Assembly (NCBI RefSeq): GCF_021869535.1
Contig: NW_026262734.1
Span: 1,798,001-1,862,000 of the forward strand
Length of the DNA: 64,000 nt
Source of the DNA: Mytilus californianus
Taxonomy: Eukaryota
Direction of reading: 5' to 3'
Below are positions 62,001 to 64,000 of this stretch, in pieces; within the stretch, counting starts at the first letter, position 1, and the number at the start of each line of letters is the position of its first letter. The notes beneath the pieces are model-generated. The model was not told where the DNA came from. It was given only the letters and a program-made list of their open reading frames with translations, and searched no databases. The translations under genes were made by a program, and so were the position numbers.

Positions 62001-63564
62001 AAAGGAAATCCAATGCATTTGATGATGTCTGCCATGGCTACTTTCAGCAGTAAGTATCATTACATCAGTCAAGGCTACTTTCAGCAGTAAGTATCATTAC
62101 ATCAGTCAAGGCTACTTTCAGCAGTAAGTATCATCACATCAGTCATGGCTACTTTTTGCAGTAAGTATCATTACATCACTCATGGCTTCTTTCAGCAATT
62201 AGTATTTTTACATCAGTCAAGGCTTCTTTCAGAAGCAAGTATCATTACATCAGTCATGGCTTTCAGCAGTAAGTATCATTACATCAGCCATGGCTACTTT
62301 CAGCAGTAAGTATCATTACATCAGTCATGGCTACTTTCAGCAGTAAGTATCATTACATCAGTCAAGGCTACTTTCAGCAGTAAGTATCATCACACCAGTC
62401 ATGGCTACTTTCAGCAGTAAGTATCATTACATCAGTCAAGGCTACTTTCAGCAGTAAGAATCATCACATCAGTCATGGCTACTTTCAGCAGTAAGTATCA
62501 TTACATCAGTCATGGCTTTCAGCAGTAAGTATCATTACATCAGTCATCGCTTTCAGCAGTAAGTATCATTACATCAGTCATGGCTTTCATCAGTAAGTAT
62601 CATTACGTCAGTCAAGGCTACTTTCAGCAGTTAGTATCATTACATCAGTCAAGGTTACTTTCAGCGGTAAGTATCATTACATCAGTCATGGCTACTTTCA
62701 GCAGTTAGTATCATTACATCAGTCATGGCTTTCAGCAGTAAGTATCAGTACATCAGGTATGGCGTCTTTCAGCATGAAGTATCATTACGTCAGTCATGGC
62801 TACTTTCAGCAGTAAGTATCATTATATTAGGGATTGTCGTTAGTTTGTGTCTGTTATATTTGTTTTTCGTAAATTGTTTTGTTTTAAAATAGGTAATTTG
62901 TTTTCTTGTTTGAATTGTTTCACATTTTTATAGCCGACTATACTGTATAGGTTTTTCTCATTGTTTAAGGCCGTACGATTGCCTATAATTAATTACGTCA
63001 ACTTCGTTTGATAGTTGTCTCATTTACAATCATACCACATCCCCTCATTTTTATATTACTAAATCAATTTCACCTAAATTGGTGTAGCGAGTATACTAGT
63101 AGCTGGTTTGGGGGCTAATGCTTTATTTAATAGTTATAATTGGCCAAAACTATATCTTTCAGTTACTGTTTCATTTACACATCTTTTTAGGTGGAGAAAT
63201 TCCCCATGGAGGTCCAATGCCACCACCAATGATGATGCCACAAGAAATGCCACATCCACAAGGAGGTAGTTAGTAGTTTATTCATATCAAAACAATTATG
63301 TCCCTGTAAATATTCTAGACCTGTATTATAATAGATATATACTTTCTATTATTTAGTTCTGCTGTACCGTATAGGGCAATGCTTCTAAAACTTATATTGT
63401 CAAATTATACAAGTTACAAGTTACAAAGTTTACAATAGAAAGAAATGACATAACATGAGCTGTATGAGCCATTGAAACAGCTTCACATTTTCTGCTGCAG
63501 TTATTGATATGTTAATTCTATTTTACAGGATACAGAATGCAGCCACTAAACTCATACGTTGAAG
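53080..63564 (+). CDS. Uncharacterised secreted Met/Pro-rich acidic helical protein, 3'-partial (~327 aa in window). Exons 53080-53128, 54130-54213, 54690-54788, 55623-55709, 56160-56204, 56922-57008, 57835-57915, 58951-59013, 59324-59410, 59670-59750, 60938-61000, 62005-62049, 63191-63265, 63529-63564
   Basis: Fourteen AG/GT-bounded exons splice into one open frame: MMKIVILGLLAALAYA-APPMRGMGMGMGMPPMMMPPMMMGGMLPPEALDMLKDLKPNDIKEAIKNMPPQMKSMMQGMGISEDQINEAVKSLPEDLTPLVEQMKEKL...GGPMPPPMMMPQEMPHPQGGYRMQPLNSYVE. It has a clear signal peptide and no Cys or Trp. Confidence 0.85.
53195..53663. mobile_element. Kolobok-type MITE in the intron after the signal-peptide exon
   Basis: ttaa|ggtagttcaggggtata ... 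tatacccctgaactacc|ttaa. Confidence 0.88.
57008..57127 (+). repeat. ~48-bp tandem (2.5 copies) starting at a splice donor
   Basis: ggttaatatacattataaatactt at 57008, ~57056 and ~57104. Confidence 0.85.
57860..58515 (+). repeat. ~65-bp tandem (~9 copies) derived from an exon 3' half plus donor
   Basis: GTAAGT at 57916, 57977, 58042 and 58107, then gaaag variants. Units resemble the exon sequence gagaaagccaagtctgccatcgcaaaccaactgaaagaggatg. Confidence 0.9.
60765..60941 (+). repeat. 60-bp tandem, 3 copies, each ending in the exon-12 acceptor
   Basis: ttacatttgactttcag|aaga with the AG ending at 60817, 60877 and 60937. Confidence 0.92.
61536..61799 (+). mobile_element. tRNA-derived SINE (V/Meta-type central domain), full length
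   Basis: A-box tggccgagtgg, B-box gttcgaaccc, central ggtggttttctccgggcactccggcttcc, 3' gtggcgttaaaacac, and a caaaat tail. Confidence 0.85.
62033..62826 (+). repeat. 37/34-bp tandem, ~22 copies, containing an exon end plus donor
   Basis: catggctactttcagca|gtaagtatcattacatcagt repeated from the true donor at 62050 to 62812. Confidence 0.95.
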
Positions 63565-63912
63565 GTAATATTAAATAATTAATATTAAATACCAAGTTTT
63601 CTAATTATGTCTTACAAATATTAGAAAGCCGTTCGAAAAAGTCGAAAAGTGACAAAATACATATTTATTTTGTTAACATAAAATGTATTAACTGTTAGAC
63701 CGGTTTAAATATATGTTCAAGTCTGCTGAAATTTTACACCTTTGACTTTCCAGTCTTTAGTTCTGAATATTCACTGGGCATTAAAACGTAGGTTGGTCTA
63801 GAGAAGCGCTTTGAACGAAAGAATTAGTATGTTGAACCTGGATTTATAATGAAAAACCGAAATAAATTTCCATTACTATGTGTAAAAGCTTGCAATCAGA
63901 GACCTCGTTTAA

Positions 63913-64000
63913 GGTGGTACCCAACACCTTGACTAATATTAATTTGGCTCGTTTAATTTTCATAAAATTTTGACAAAATGTTTACTTTGACCCTTTGACA
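63913..64000. mobile_element. Start of a probable Kolobok-type MITE (truncated by window)
   Basis: ttaa|ggtggtacccaacacc; only one end is visible. Confidence 0.4.

Noticed and set aside
62033-62826. Recursive-splicing (AG|GT ratchet) sites in the tttcagcagtaagt units
   Set aside because: The AG and GT share a G or are separated by 2 nt rather than abutting, and the intron is short.

Overview
AT-rich, intron-rich eukaryotic DNA. The repeat families look like those of bivalve molluscs (Mytilus-like; inference from recalled repeats, not verified). I reconstructed four spliced genes by hand from GT-AG junctions and open frames. (1) SKA2 on the - strand, 4 exons at 41-3147, running off the window. 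(2) PRR11 on the + strand, CDS ~5911-17283, head-to-head with SKA2 across a CCAAT/GC/ETS-containing promoter, the arrangement known from human. (3) An RNF215-like PA-TM-RING-H2 E3 ligase, 24816 to 33848 or 41753. (4) An unrecognised secreted Met/Pro-rich, acidic helical protein (53080 to >63564) whose introns are all phase 1. An apparently intact L2/CR1-clade LINE ORF2 (35527-38886, -) sits inside a Helentron-like element, which sits inside a MITE. There are also many MITEs, HINE-like elements and three tRNA-derived SINEs. The most striking unexplained pattern is that most local tandem arrays are amplified exon-intron junctions (a splice site plus adjacent, usually exonic, sequence; 2-22 copies), seen in all four genes. 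Single-base lesions in RNF215 and PRR11 exons may be assembly errors. All homology calls come from recalled motifs; no searches were run.
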